From contig OX597826.1 of assembly GCA_951406725.2 (NCBI GenBank), positions 75,206,001 through 75,270,000 of the forward strand: 64,000 bases of DNA, read 5' to 3'. Origin of the DNA: Octopus vulgaris (lineage: Eukaryota). Every line of letters begins with the position of its first letter. The first letter of the stretch is position 1. A program made the position numbers and the translations under genes. A model generated the notes under the pieces. It did no database searches. It was given only the letters and a program-made list of their open reading frames with translations, and had not been told where the DNA came from. Below, piece after piece: positions 30,041 to 43,184 of this stretch.

Positions 30041-33000
30041 TATCCGCGAAAAATCTAGTGAGGGAATATGGGGTCATGAATGAAAAAAAAGTTTACGGAG
30101 CGCTGCTCTAGAAATCTTTATTATAAGGCATAGAGCCTGAATAAGAAGCGCTGCTCTAAACGTGACCATATTTTTGGTTTTCTATTTATAATAATAAATG
30201 TTTTATTTTTCGGATTCTGTTACTTCCGCCTGGCATCGACCAGAATCATTTCCGGCGAAGAACTTTGTCGCATGTTAATCGAATTTATCAAAGAAAATAT
30301 AAAGGTAAACGGAAAAGTGAGTATTTATAGTGTTTGAATTGATATAAAATATTTTCAAGACAGATCTTCGGAATAACCGTCGTTTCTCCTTGTGGAATGA
30401 AAAGAGCAAAGAATTGGGAGGGTTTTTCTTTCCCCTTCGTGAATCTAATTTATTACGATTGTCCGCCAAAATTTCTATCAGAATCGTAATTTCCTTTGTA
30501 TCAAACAACAGTAATATTACCAAAAATTAGGGTGGCTTTCGGAATTGCTCTCAGTAATAAAATGGCATTTATCTGATTTTTTTCGTAATCTTTTTTGGTA
30601 TTTTCGCCGTTTTATAGAATCTCTCTTTGCAAATCAGATATCAATCACCTTGTACAAAAAAAAAGAATTCCGTATCTTTGCTTTTTCGAAATGTCTCAAT
30701 CTCTCTCTGTTCCTCTCAGTTACGCCCTCGGAAAAGCTGCCACGATTCACATGAGTTTTATTTCTTTCCAGTTTTCCCTCTGTTCTGAAATATTTACAAT
30801 TCACATTAGAAATAAAATAAAATAAAATAACAAAAACTACCAACTTCACACCCACACTTCATCGCGCCTTTCACGATCTATATATTTTACTTGTTTCAGT
30901 CATTAGACTGCGGCCAGGTTGAGGCATCGCCTCTCAAAGGTTCAGACGAACAAATCGATCCTAGTTCTTATTTTTTAATGCCTGGTACTTACTATGTCGG
31001 TTACTATTTGCCTAAACGCTATGTTACGGTGACGTAAACAAACCGACTTCAGTTGTCAAGCGATGGTGGAGAGGACACACACACGCCCGGCTTCTTTCAG
31101 TTTCCGTCTATCGAATCCTTTCGTAAAGTATTTATCGGCTCTGGATCATAGTAGAAGACACCTGTCCAAGGTGCCATGCACTAGGACTGACCCCAGAAGC
31201 ATGCGATTGGGAAGCAAACTTCTTACCTCACAGCCACACCTGCGCCTGTAGATGATTTTTTTTTTCATCATGCTTCTGTATTTCTCATTTTGAAAGACTT
31301 GTTATATACTTGCCATTTCTCTTTTTTTCAAAAAGTACGTTTTTAAAAGTTCTTCGCCCTTCATCCTGAAATTACCATTCCATTCTTGAAAAAATTGTTT
31401 AAAATTCCATTTTTAACAGTTTGTTCCCACCTCTTTTGATTTTTTTAATATTTTTTCGCTTTTTTGCCTTTCTGTAGAATACTTTTCCCCTTTCTTTGCA
31501 AGATTACAAGTAAATATAACAAAAAATGCCTACCACATATTTATTGATTATTTTTCATCCCCAACTGACATCTTTTTCACACTTTTGCTGTTGTTAAAAA
31601 TTGTCTTGCTTGTATAACATGGTAAACAAAAAGGGAAAGAAAGAAGAAGCAAGAATTTACTCAGACAACTTAATGCATTAGTTTGATTTTCAACATCAAC
31701 AGACGAACTTTTCTGACTGTTTTCCCCTGAAGCATCCTCCAGAAAATGAAGAAATATAAGTTTTAGTGACAGGAAAAATTCTGCTGCACCGAAACATGTT
31801 TTCTCAGAGAGTGCTATTTGCAAGATATTTTATCCAAGACTTGCAAAATTGGATGTGTGAAGAATATGATTGGAATTCTGAAAGTAGTATCTATAAAATG
31901 ATAATTTCAGTTGTTCAAAAAGTAGAAAATAATATTTGTAACTGAAGAAAAGTATGATATCATTGTTGTCCACATGGCTGCTGAATGTCTTTCAGCATCC
32001 AAAAGTTGTTCCTTGTCCTGAAGAGTTGTTGAGATCATGGAATGAGACAACTGGAGATTGCATGTGATAGTATGAACAGTTCCCTCTTATTGGTTTATTA
32101 CTGGTAGTCCTAGCTTCTAGTGGTCATAAGTCAAGGATAATCTTATGTATATGCACAATTTAATATGTGCCGTAATGTAATATGGATGTACATTGTACAT
32201 TCCTGCGAGCCATAAGGGACAAAAGGGTTTGTATCAGGAAAATCATGGAGCCTCAAAATTTTGACAGCATGGAAAAGCTGACATAAAAATGATGGTATAT
32301 CAACTTCTCTAGTATATTGTGCTTTTGTTTTTCTTTCTTACGTCTTAATGTCCAGGGGGTCAGACAGAATTGAGGCAGATTTTGTATTGTCTGCAACCTT
32401 CACTTGTTTCCAAGTAAAGTAATACTGTCCCTTTACCAGTCATGTTCACTAGAGTCTGAAAACAAATGACACTTCTTGCATAACCGAGATTCTTGCTTCC
32501 AACCATCGGACAACATGAAGGCAAGCAGACAGTTATCTTTTGAGGATATGATGTATTGTTAAAATATATTTCTCTGCTCTGTTACATATGTAAAGTTATA
32601 GAGATACACTGGAGGAATTCAGTTGGTCTGATCAAGGTTCACTACTACAATTTATAAGTATAGTAATGAAATTAAATTTATGCTGTTTATGCATTCTTGA
32701 AATCTTATACTGTTTTCCTTATTATTTCAGAATCAGAGATGAAGCTGGCATAAACATTTTTGTTTTTTATACAAGAGAAGCATCATCAATATTTATCATC
32801 TTTTAAGGACAAATGATGTTTTGCTGAACAAATATAACTATTTTCACATAAATTTAATGAATTACATTGAATGATTTGTGTAGGCCGTTCGCTTGAATGA
32901 GTACAATACAATTCTGCATTGTAACTATATTCACATTCAGATGATAGAGACAGCAGAAGGAATATTTGTTAGAAATAAATTACAGAAAGGAAAGCAGCAA

Positions 33001-33061
33001 ACAATATATTGTGGTGAGAGAAGGAAAATTATTAGAGAATGAGTTAAACAACTGTTTCAAG

Positions 33062-34255
33062 ATGGCAAAAAGTTTGTCAAAGTCTTCATATGAATGTGAT
33101 ATCTGTAAAAAGTCATTCACTTCAAGAGGTAATCTAACAACACATATACGTATTCATACAGGAGAGAAACCATATCACTGTGATATCTGTGGTAAAAGGT
33201 TCTCGAGAAAAGATGAATTAACTATTCATAAGCGTGTTCATACAGGAGAGAAACCATATCAATGTGATATCTGTGGCCAATCATTCACTCGTAAAGATAT
33301 TTTAACTACACACAGACGTATTCATACAGGAGAGAAACCATATCAGTGTGATATGTGTAGTAAATCATTTTCTAAAAGTACCAACTTGACCGATCACAAA
33401 CGCATTCATACTGGAGAAAAACCATATCATTGTGATTTCTGTGGTAAATCATTTAATCAAAATAACCAATTAATTAAACACAAACGCATTCACACAGGGG
33501 AAAAGCCCTATCACTGTGATATCTGTGAGAAATCATTTGCTCGAAATGACGAACTAACTACACACAAACACATTCATACAGGAGAGAAACCTTATAGGTG
33601 TGATATCTGTGGTAAATCATTCCCTCAGAATAGTGCCTTGACTGGACACAAACGTATTCACACAGGAGAAAAGCCATTCCCTTGTGATATCTGTGGTAAA
33701 GCATTTGTTCAAAGTAGTGATTTAAAAGGACACAAACGAATTCATACAGGAGAAAAACCATATCATTGCGATATCTGTGGTAAAGCATTTTCTCAAAGTC
33801 CTGCTGTAACTGTACACAAACGCATTCATACAAGAGAAAAGCCATATCACTGTGATATCTGTGGTAAATCATTCCCTCGAAGTAATTCTTTGACTGATCA
33901 TAAACGTATTCACACAGGAGAAAAACCATATCATTGTGATATTTGTGGTAAATCATTTATTCGGAGTAACGATTTAAAGGGACATAAACGTATTCACACT
34001 GGTGAAAAACCGTATCATTGCGATATCTGTGGTAAATCATTCTCTCAACGTACTGCTGTGATTGTACATAAACGTGTTCATACCAGAGAGAAGCCCTATC
34101 ATTGTGATATCTGTGGTAAATCTTTCTCTTACAGTAACCTATTAACTAAGCACAAATGTATTCATATCGAGGAAAAGTTATATCCTTGTAATATCTGTGG
34201 TAATTCATTCTCTCAACAGGATGATTTAGCTAAACATGTCTGTATTCTTTCATGA
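33062..34255 (+). CDS. ZNF-C: C2H2 zinc-finger protein, 14 fingers (last is C2HC)
   Basis: Uninterrupted array from ATG 33062 ([10 protein letters not shown]). Exon acceptor ends at 32730. Confidence 0.95.
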   Translation: MAKSLSKSSYECDICKKSFTSRGNLTTHIRIHTGEKPYHCDICGKRFSRKDELTIHKRVHTGEKPYQCDICGQSFTRKDILTTHRRIHTGEKPYQCDMCSKSFSKSTNLTDHKRIHTGEKPYHCDFCGKSFNQNNQLIKHKRIHTGEKPYHCDICEKSFARNDELTTHKHIHTGEKPYRCDICGKSFPQNSALTGHKRIHTGEKPFPCDICGKAFVQSSDLKGHKRIHTGEKPYHCDICGKAFSQSPAVTVHKRIHTREKPYHCDICGKSFPRSNSLTDHKRIHTGEKPYHCDICGKSFIRSNDLKGHKRIHTGEKPYHCDICGKSFSQRTAVIVHKRVHTREKPYHCDICGKSFSYSNLLTKHKCIHIEEKLYPCNICGNSFSQQDDLAKHVCILS

Positions 34256-35936
34256 GAGAAAGACTGAAAAATCTCTTAAATGTCTGTATTCATACCGATG
34301 TAGGAAACTAAATAATAAGGAATAAACAAATCATAACATATAGTATTTCATCATACTATAACACTATAGAAGTATATCATGTACTTATATATCTGGTTCG
34401 TGGGTTCGCTTTTTCTGTATGTTATGTATATTCCTTCAGGTATATTGTGTTGATTCTTGTTTTATCATTATTGTATTTTATCCAGAGATTAATTCTTTTG
34501 TTGGTAATGTCTATAATTTTATCTTCAACATGGTTCCTGCATGAGTTTATGATGAAAATTAATGTTAATTTTTCATTGTAATATTAAACTTTACATAAAA
34601 ACAAAATTGGTGGAGTAATTTTTTGAATTATCGTAATCAGTGTCTTTTCTATGTCCATTGTGATTGCTGGAATGTGTTGGACCACATCATCATCATTGAA
34701 TGATGATGATAATGATTGTCATCTCAAGCATTTGCAATAGTCTCTTTGTATTTTTATAATAATCTAAACTCTAAATAAAACTGGTTTACTCTGAAATTAT
34801 TCTTTCTTTATGTTTTAATAACCAAATCTTGTTTGCACATTTTCTAAACTGATTTTCACTGATTGTTTGCTTTAAATCTACTTAATTCATTGACACTATT
34901 TGTTTGAAGATCTGATCTGATGTTATGAGGAAGTGAATGAGATATAAATAATAGGATGATATTGTAGACGAAATGTAAAGATATTTCTCATTTAAAATAT
35001 TGTAGTATAGAAACTTACATGTATGATTGCTATTTGTATCAAGAACAGACATGATGATAAGAAACCTCTATTTGAGTCATTGCAATATTCAGAAGCAGAA
35101 TAACTGAATTGCTGGAAATCTTATTTCTTCTTTTGGGGAATGATGTTAAAACATCAAAACATTGATGTATTGGACAGAAAACATTTCTCATTCACTCACA
35201 ATAAAAGCCTTTTTTAATATGAGTGTGCAGATTCTAATTAAGCTGTGCAGTGACGTCATTTTCCAGTGTGCATGTGCGGGACGTCATTCTTCAGTATGCG
35301 TGTGCGGGGCTGGAACCTTCTGGAAAGGCCTAAGGAAGTTCCCTCATGCACATGCGCTAGAGACTGGGGAAGAAAATTCTATCGCGTTCCTTGTTAGCGT
35401 CGTTGACTTGAGGCACGGCTATTGAAGAGAAAGGACGTGTTAAACGTGTGATTAGCCTATTCTCCTGTCCCAGACGCTTAGGATTTGACCTGCTCTGTTG
35501 CTGCTAAATTTGTTGTGAGGTTTATCTTACAAGTGATAAAAATTCAGCTTTGCTATATCGAACCAAGTGGATACCAATATACCAACGTGCTTCTTTTGTA
35601 AATAAGAAAATAAAGAGTCATATATATTTTTAAGGTTGCGTTCTTGTTCCTGACTGGTAGTTTCTGGAAACAAAAGAAAGGAAATTGTGTTGGACCCAAA
35701 CAGTGTAAAGAATTAACCAGTTCCTTTACAGCTGTAAACAAAGAACCTTGATTTCATTATTTAACCATATTAGAAAAAAAAAAGGAATATATTCTATGTG
35801 AGTATAGTTTATACGATTCACTCTAAAATATTCAACAAGGTCAGATGTTTCTTTTAAACTTGTTTGTTGTTAGCAATGGAGTTGGTGGAGACGAGAAAAG
35901 CATTATTTAAAGACATTTCAGTTTATTGTATTTTAA

Positions 35937-36227
35937 TCCTCAGAACCCCAGTGGCCGCTGTTTTGGCAGCCAGCCACATGTACATATGCACCCTTGGCCA
36001 CTTTACTGGCTGCCGTGTTGTACTATTTACAAATACCCCAGCAGCTGCAAATTCATATTCAAATTCTGGCCGCCAGCTGCAGATACGAATACCCCAGCGG
36101 CTGCTTCACTGGCCTGGATTTTCTGCTTTGGAAAACTAGATTCTAACTGCTGGTTCGACTGGCACCACAAACCAGTCAAACCTGGGGTGAGGGTGCCGAG
36201 GACGATGAGTATCTGGGGTTCAAAGGG
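35937..36227. mobile_element. piggyBac-type MITE
   Basis: TTAA at 35933-35936 and 36228-36231. TIR TCCTCAGAACCCCAG / CTGGGGTTCAAAGGG. Confidence 0.75.
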
Positions 36228-39200
36228 TTAACAACAATGGACATGATTTTCATTTTCAATAGAGTAAAATTACAAATATTTGAGAAATAAGATGGTGGAG
36301 TGTAGCATATACTAACCACATTGTATTACTGCTATTTATTAACCTCTGTTAAATAAAATCACTGGTTGAAGTTAGCATGAAACAAACGAAGTATAATAGA
36401 AATCCACAACACTGCTCCTCCTCCTTTCAATTAGTCATCCTCCTAATTGCTACAATCTGTTCTTGTTATATTCATTATCATCATCTTCATTGATTAACAT
36501 TTTCCAGGCTGGAACAGGTTGGACAGTTTGGCCAAATTTAGCAGGCTATAAAGCCACCTCAAGTTCCAATGTCAGCTTTGATTTCTATGGCTGGATGGTC
36601 TTCCTAAAGCTAACCACTTTACAGAGTGGTCAGCTTTAGGAAGGCTGCTTTCTTTCTGTCACTGGCACTGTTCAGGTTGCTGGGTAACTTGAGAAAAAGA
36701 CAAAGGACAGGGAAGGAGGAAGAGAACGAAGCTCCCATAACTAAATGGGGAGTATTTGAGAGGGAAAGGAAGTGGAGAGGGGATGTGGCATGTGCCAACT
36801 TTGCCCTCAGGTGATTACAGCAAACGAGTAGTACCATAAATGGTGAAATGATGGGTTTAGAGAATGAGAATTGAGGGAGATGTGTCAGAGAGGGAGCAAA
36901 AGAGATACAGTGATTTTAAGTTATCGCTTTTGCTGGAATGGATGGGTCTACTCAAGCATAGCAAATTGCTTGTCAATTGTCTCAATCCTTTGTCATCACC
37001 TCTTTAAGCAATTAGTACTTCGTTATATGGCTTTTCTTATCCAGACCCGTCACATTGCTAAACCAGTGAGGTCTTCTTTCCTGCACACTACATCTCATTC
37101 CTCTTATGCCTAATGTTTCTCTCAGCACATGAACACTTTTTCATACTTGCACAGTGACTTTACACAGTAAAACATACAAGCTTCAATCCTCTCTAGTCGT
37201 TGCATGTGCACTTCTGTCAAAGTCATGTCTCACTATCATGTTGCATTGCTATTCATACACAAGCATCATACGATCAACCTTCAATCAGAAAGAGGGATCT
37301 CTTGTTGCTGATGGACGTAATAGCTCTGAACTTTTTCCATCTTATTCTTATTCTAACAAGTACACTTTCAGGACATCCTCCTCCACTGCTAAGTAATTCT
37401 TCACATTTAATAACCCTTCATAGTAGCACTTCCATACTTTTCAGAGTCACTTTGTGCACACATACCCTTTTCCACTCATACACATTGTTATCCTCAACCC
37501 ACTGTCTAGCAATCTGGAACACATCTAGTCTCTGACCCTCTGAGTACCCCTAGCCCCTCAAACTTCTTAATTTCTGCTTCTGCTCTTAACTAGGTAAACC
37601 TGTCACCAAGTTTACTGTTTGGCCACCTCATTCGGTCCTTTGCTATCTCTATTTTCCTACTCTTTGCAAATCTGTCTCCTCTTTTCATGGCCCTGTCTAC
37701 CCCACTGTTCCACCATCGTGTCACCCTTAGTCTGGCAGAAGCTCTGCTCCACTCTCAGATTTAGTCTGTTGTCCTCAGTAAGTTATAATGATGATAATCC
37801 CTTTTGTTACTGGTGCAAGGCCTGAAATTTCAGTGGATGTGGCTAGTTGAATACTTTAATCCCAGTACTTGACTGGTACTTAATTTATAGACCCTGAAAG
37901 GATGAAAGGTAAAGTCAATCTAGGTGGTATTTAAACTCAGAACATAAAACTCAGACGTGTGACATGTAAAAGGCACCCAATACACTCTGTGGAGTGACTG
38001 GCATCAGGAAGAGCACCCAGCCATAGAAACCAAAGAACACAAAACATCCGGACAACTAGGTGATACAAAAAGGGACAGCAAAACATCCAGATAGATGATG
38101 CAAAAAAAAAACAAGGACAGGTCATTCGAAGCTTTCTATCCTCAGTCAAGAACTGGATCATCCTCGCAATTTTGGCAGATTAATCTTATATATATATGTG
38201 TGTGTGTGTGTATGAATGGAAGGAAAGTTTTTCTGATGAGAACACAACAGAGAGGCCAGCTATCTGAATTGACATCAAGTATGATAGATGAAGCAGTTAA
38301 GGTTATGAAAAGGAAAGGTCCTCATCCATCAGAAATTACTGCTGATATGTTTAAAATGTCTGGTGGAGTGGAGCATAGCCTAGTCACCAATATATTAACC
38401 AAATTGTCTAGAAAGGTGTCACACCCAATGACTAGAGAGGCAGCATTGTAGTCAACTGTTAAAAAGATGAAGATGTCTTTGTCAAAAGTAGTATCAAATT
38501 GCTGCGGGAAGTCACAAAAATTACCAAAAGGTTTTATAGCTCAACTAATTATGAAGGGAGTTAACCTAGATGAGATTCAGTTTGGTTTTGAGCCAGGTAG
38601 AAGCATTACTGATGCCCTTTTTTAGTAAGGCAACTGCAGGAGAAGCATTTGGCCAAAAATAAACCACCAAACTTGGTACTTGTTGATTTGGAGAAAGCCT
38701 TTGACTGGATCCCTTATTCTCTCATTTAATGGATGCTGCAGAATCTAAGAGAAATGAATGGCTGGTAAGAACCATCCAAACCATGCTATATTCATTGCCA
38801 TTCTCATTGCTGACTTTCGCCTTACAAACAAGGGTACTGTTAGTAAGGTGAACGTCAGCAATGAATCTATTGTGCAGGTTGGAGTCCACTAAGTCCTGGT
38901 TCTCAGCCCTTTCTTATTTATCATAGTTCTCCAGACAACAACAGAGGAGTTTAAGACTCATTGCCCATGGAATCTCATCTATGCTGATGATCTTGCTCAT
39001 ATAACTATATCTACACTAGAATTATGGAAGAAATGTCAGGCATGGAAGTAACACCTGTAATCAAAGGGCGGTACAGTTAACTGAGCAAAGCCCAAAGTTC
39101 TAGTAAGTAGGGAAGCAGACAAATTTCTAATTCCTTCAGGAAAATGGCCTTGCTGAAAATGTAGAAAGTGGTGCAAGTAGAAATTCCATACAGTGATGCT

Positions 39201-41368
39201 CAGTGTAAGCTATAGTCACAAAAGATGCAGTGGAATCCCAGGAAGGTTAACAGAGGAAAGTAGTCTTTGTGTTTGGTAGATGTGCAGGAACTGTAAACAC
39301 ATAGGAAATAGATTTCTTCAAACGTTCAGGTGAATCCTTACAGGTAGTAATGAGTTTTTGTTACGCAGGTGACTGAATTAGCACTGGTAGAGGTTGCTCT
39401 GAAAGTGTAGTTGCTAGAATATGAACTGAGTGGGAAACTTGTAGAGAGCTATTACTTCTGTTCATAACAAATGACAGCTATGTGATATTGTAGTGAAACG
39501 TGAGCTGGGGATGCAAAGGATCTGCAAAGGCTTGAAAGAAATGTAACTCGTATGCTCTGCTGGATGTGCTTATGTAACAATGTATAGAAAAATAGAGCAT
39601 AAGAGACATCAGAAAGCTGCACTCTTATGGCCATGTGATGTATATGGATGAGGACAGCTGCATAAAGAAATGCTGCCCACTAAGTGTGAATGGAAACTGT
39701 GGGAGAGGAAGACCCAAGGCGACACGGGACAAAATGGTGAAAATTGACTTTCAGATGATGAAGGACCAAAATGATTTATGATTTGCCATGCTTGAAAAGA
39801 TCTATACATCTAAGTAAAATCGAGGCCCTAAATGCATGTCATTTGTCTATGCTCCTGTGCACCATCTGTCCCAGACAGATCTCTCCCTAATGCCCCGTCT
39901 TTCCACCTGTCTTCACTCTGCCCACCCATCCTATCCAATACACTGCACCCCTTACATACACCGCCTTCAAACTTGAGCTTACACCCTGACACATCTTCAC
40001 GATATAATCTCTGTTTTCCCAACTGGGATAGCTCTGAATTTCCTCTGTCGAGAGAAAACCTATTTCCATCCGTCTCTCATGTCCTCAGTACCACTCTCAC
40101 CTCATTTTGTAGTTTCTTGTCTTGCAAGTTACTTGCTGAATTTTTTGGTGGCATGTAAAACACACTTTGTAAAGTGGTTGGTCTTAGGAAGGGCCTCTAG
40201 CCATAGAAACCATGCCATAGCAGACAGAAGAGCTTGGCACAGTCTTCCATCTTGCCAACTCTTTTCAGCCCATCCAACTCATGCTAGCATGGAAAATGAA
40301 TGATGATGATCATTATCATCATTTAATGTCCATTTTCCATGCAGGCATGGGTTGCTCAGTTTGACAGGAGCTGCCCAGGCTACAGCTGCCTGCTTTGTCA
40401 AGGTTTCTATGGCTGGATGCCCTTTCTAACACCAACCACTTTACAAAGCATACTGAGTACCTTTTATATGGCACCAGCATACATACCTTCTACATGGCTG
40501 TGGCATGGGTCTTTCTGATGTAGAACCAGCATGGATGCCTTTTACATGGCACCAACACCTGTGAGCCTGCAAGACAAGGACCACTTGCTTGATGGAGAGA
40601 CATGCCTGTATGTATGGATGGCCACGATTTTACTTAGCTTGACGTGTCTTCTCAAGCACTGCAAATCACCACAAGTTTCAGTCCTTTGTCATCTCCTCAG
40701 TGAGGCCCAGTGTTTGAAGTTCCTTCCTCACCACTTGTCCCACGTCTTCCTTGGTCTATCCCTTCTACATATTCCCTCCATGGTTAGACATTGAAACTGG
40801 AGGCACAATAGCCCAATGGTTAGGGCAGTAGACTCATGGTTTTGATTCCCAGACTGGGTGTTGTGAGTGTTTATTGAGCGAAAACACCTAGAGCTCAACG
40901 AAGCTCCAGCAGAGGCTGGTGGCGAACCCTGCTATATTCTTCCAACACAAGTTTCTCCCACTCTTTCTTCCTGTTTCTGTTGTACCTGTATTTCAAAGGA
41001 CCAGCCTTGTCACACTCTGTGTCATGCTGAATCTCCCCAAGAACTACATTAAGGGTAAACGTGTCTGTGGAGTGCTCAACCACTTGCACGTTAATTTCAA
41101 GAGCAGGCTGTTCCATTGATTGGATCAACTGGAACCATTGTCGTCGTAACCAATGGAGTGCCATGAGATAATGAAACTTCTTTATGCAACAATTAGGGAT
41201 TGGCACTTCATTATGCAATTATGTCAAGTTTCAAAAACAATTTAGCACAAACTGCAGGATTGCTCAATACATTTTTGCAGAAGACATATTTATTATACTT
41301 TTACAAGAATTCAATGAATGCTAGGTCAAAACTTCCAAGTCACTGTTGTCACTATTCTTGTAAAAGCA

Positions 41369-41400
<32 letters not shown>

Positions 41401-41469
41401 AAGACAGCTAGGATTATAACCCTATCTACATACTATATGAGTGAGTGTTTTCATCTCTCTCTCTCTCCC

Positions 41470-41501
<32 letters not shown>

Positions 41502-42099
41502 AACATAACAATGGCATACTTGATGTGGATATACTATCAAAAGCCACAAAACTACAGTATTTGTCTTGAAATGAAAAAGCTTCTTGTACAGACATATTGT
41601 GCTAAACACTTTTGAGATTTTGCATAATTTATAGTTGAATAAGACTTGGTTAGATGTTCCAAATATAAAATAAAAGAAGAATAATTTAAGAGTAAATCAG
41701 TTTTATTTATATTTTGAATTATTATAAATATTCACAAAGATTGATGCAGTCAAAACTTTGGAATTTGAAATGACAAAATGATTGAGATAATATGGTCCAA
41801 CACTGACAATGGGCATAAAAATATTGATGAGGATAATTCAAATTTTGTTTTTATGTAAAGTTTAATATTACAATGATACTTGCAAATGAACAGTAAATTT
41901 CTCCATAGTCATGAAGGAACCATACTATAGATAAAAATCATATATATTACCAATAACTGAATTACCATTAACTTGATGGAATAAATACAAGAATATACTT
42001 AATATACATATAAAAAATAAAAGCTTTTAGTGAGAATGATAACCACAAATATCATTCATATGGTCCATCTTATGTAAGAATACATATGTGGTTAGTTAA

Positions 42100-43184
42100 A
42101 TGATCCTGTTGAAAGAATGATTTATCACAGATATTATTTCAGTGATAGAGTTTTGCTCCTGTATGAATATTTTTGTGCTGAGTTAATAGCTTAATGTATG
42201 AACATGATTTATCACATATATCACAATGATATGGGTTTTCTTCAGTAAATGTTTATGCTTCTTCAAATATACATTTCAAATGAATGCTTTACCATAGATA
42301 TGAACATTGAAATGGTTTTTCTTCAGTATGAATACAATTATCATCAGTCAAGGAATTATTTTGAAGGAATGATTTACCACGTGTATCATAATGGCATGGT
42401 GTTTTCTCAGGTATTAATACATTTGTGTACAGCTAAGGCATTACTTTGAGGAAATGCTTTACCACAGATTTCATAAGGGTATGGGGTCTTTTTCTACAGT
42501 CTGAATGCATCTATGTCCTTTTAAGGCACTACTTCGAACAAATGCTTTACCACAGTTATCACAATGAAATCGTTTTTCTCCAGTATGAATACGTTTGTGT
42601 CCAGTCAATGAACTATTTTGGAGGAATGATTTACCACAGATATCACACTGATATGGTTTCTCTCCTGTGTGAATATGCTTGTGTATGGTTAACTCATCAT
42701 TTCGGGAGAATGATTTGTCACAGATATCACAGTGATATGGCTTTTCTCCTGTATGAATACGTTTGTGTTTAATTAGCTGATTACTTTGATTAAATGATCT
42801 CCCACAAAAATTACACTGATATGGTTTCTCTCCAGTATGAATGCGTTTGTGATCGGTCAGGTTAGTACTTCTGGAGAAAGATTTACTACACATATCACAC
42901 TGATATGGTTTCTCTCCTGTGTGAATACGTCTGTGTGTGGTTAAAATATCTTTACGAGCAAATGATTGACCACAGATATCACACTGATATGGTTTCTCTC
43001 CTGTATGAACACGCTTGTGAATAGCTAATTCACCACTTCGATAGAATGGTCTACCACAAATATCACAGTGATATCGTTTGTCTCCTGTATGAATACGTAT
43101 ATGATGAACAAGATTAGCCTTTGAAGCAAACGACTTTTCACAGATATCACATTCATATGAAGACTTTGCTAAGTTTTTTGCCAT
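42100..43184 (-). pseudogene. ZNF-D: open ORF 43184-42471 with 7 intact fingers and a damaged 8th, followed by frameshifted, decayed fingers
   Basis: ORF ends [14 protein letters not shown]. Degenerate finger codons continue to about 42100. Acceptor next to 43560, exon 1 at about 45659-45753. Confidence 0.75.

Larger units (their letters stand above)
28603..30105. mobile_element. hAT-like non-autonomous element hosting three nested insertions, in the ZNF-C promoter
   Basis: Imperfect TIRs CAGCGTTTCCTAGAC / GTTTACGGAGCGCTG and subterminal TGGGGTC motifs. Interrupts sequence that is contiguous upstream of ZNF-A. TSD degraded. Confidence 0.55.

Noticed and set aside
32966-33061. N-terminal extensions of ZNF-C and ZNF-B from TTG/GTG starts
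   Set aside because: Non-ATG starts and the frame is not conserved in ZNF-A. MAK is the shared start.
33558-33956. Antisense ORFs with MIYHRYH repeats (also 17251, 42446, 51705)
   Set aside because: Shadow frames of the zinc-finger codon pattern.
35160-35560. Possible solo LTR with CRE-like GACGTCA motifs
   Set aside because: Could not define TG...CA ends or a TSD, so not supportable by eye.
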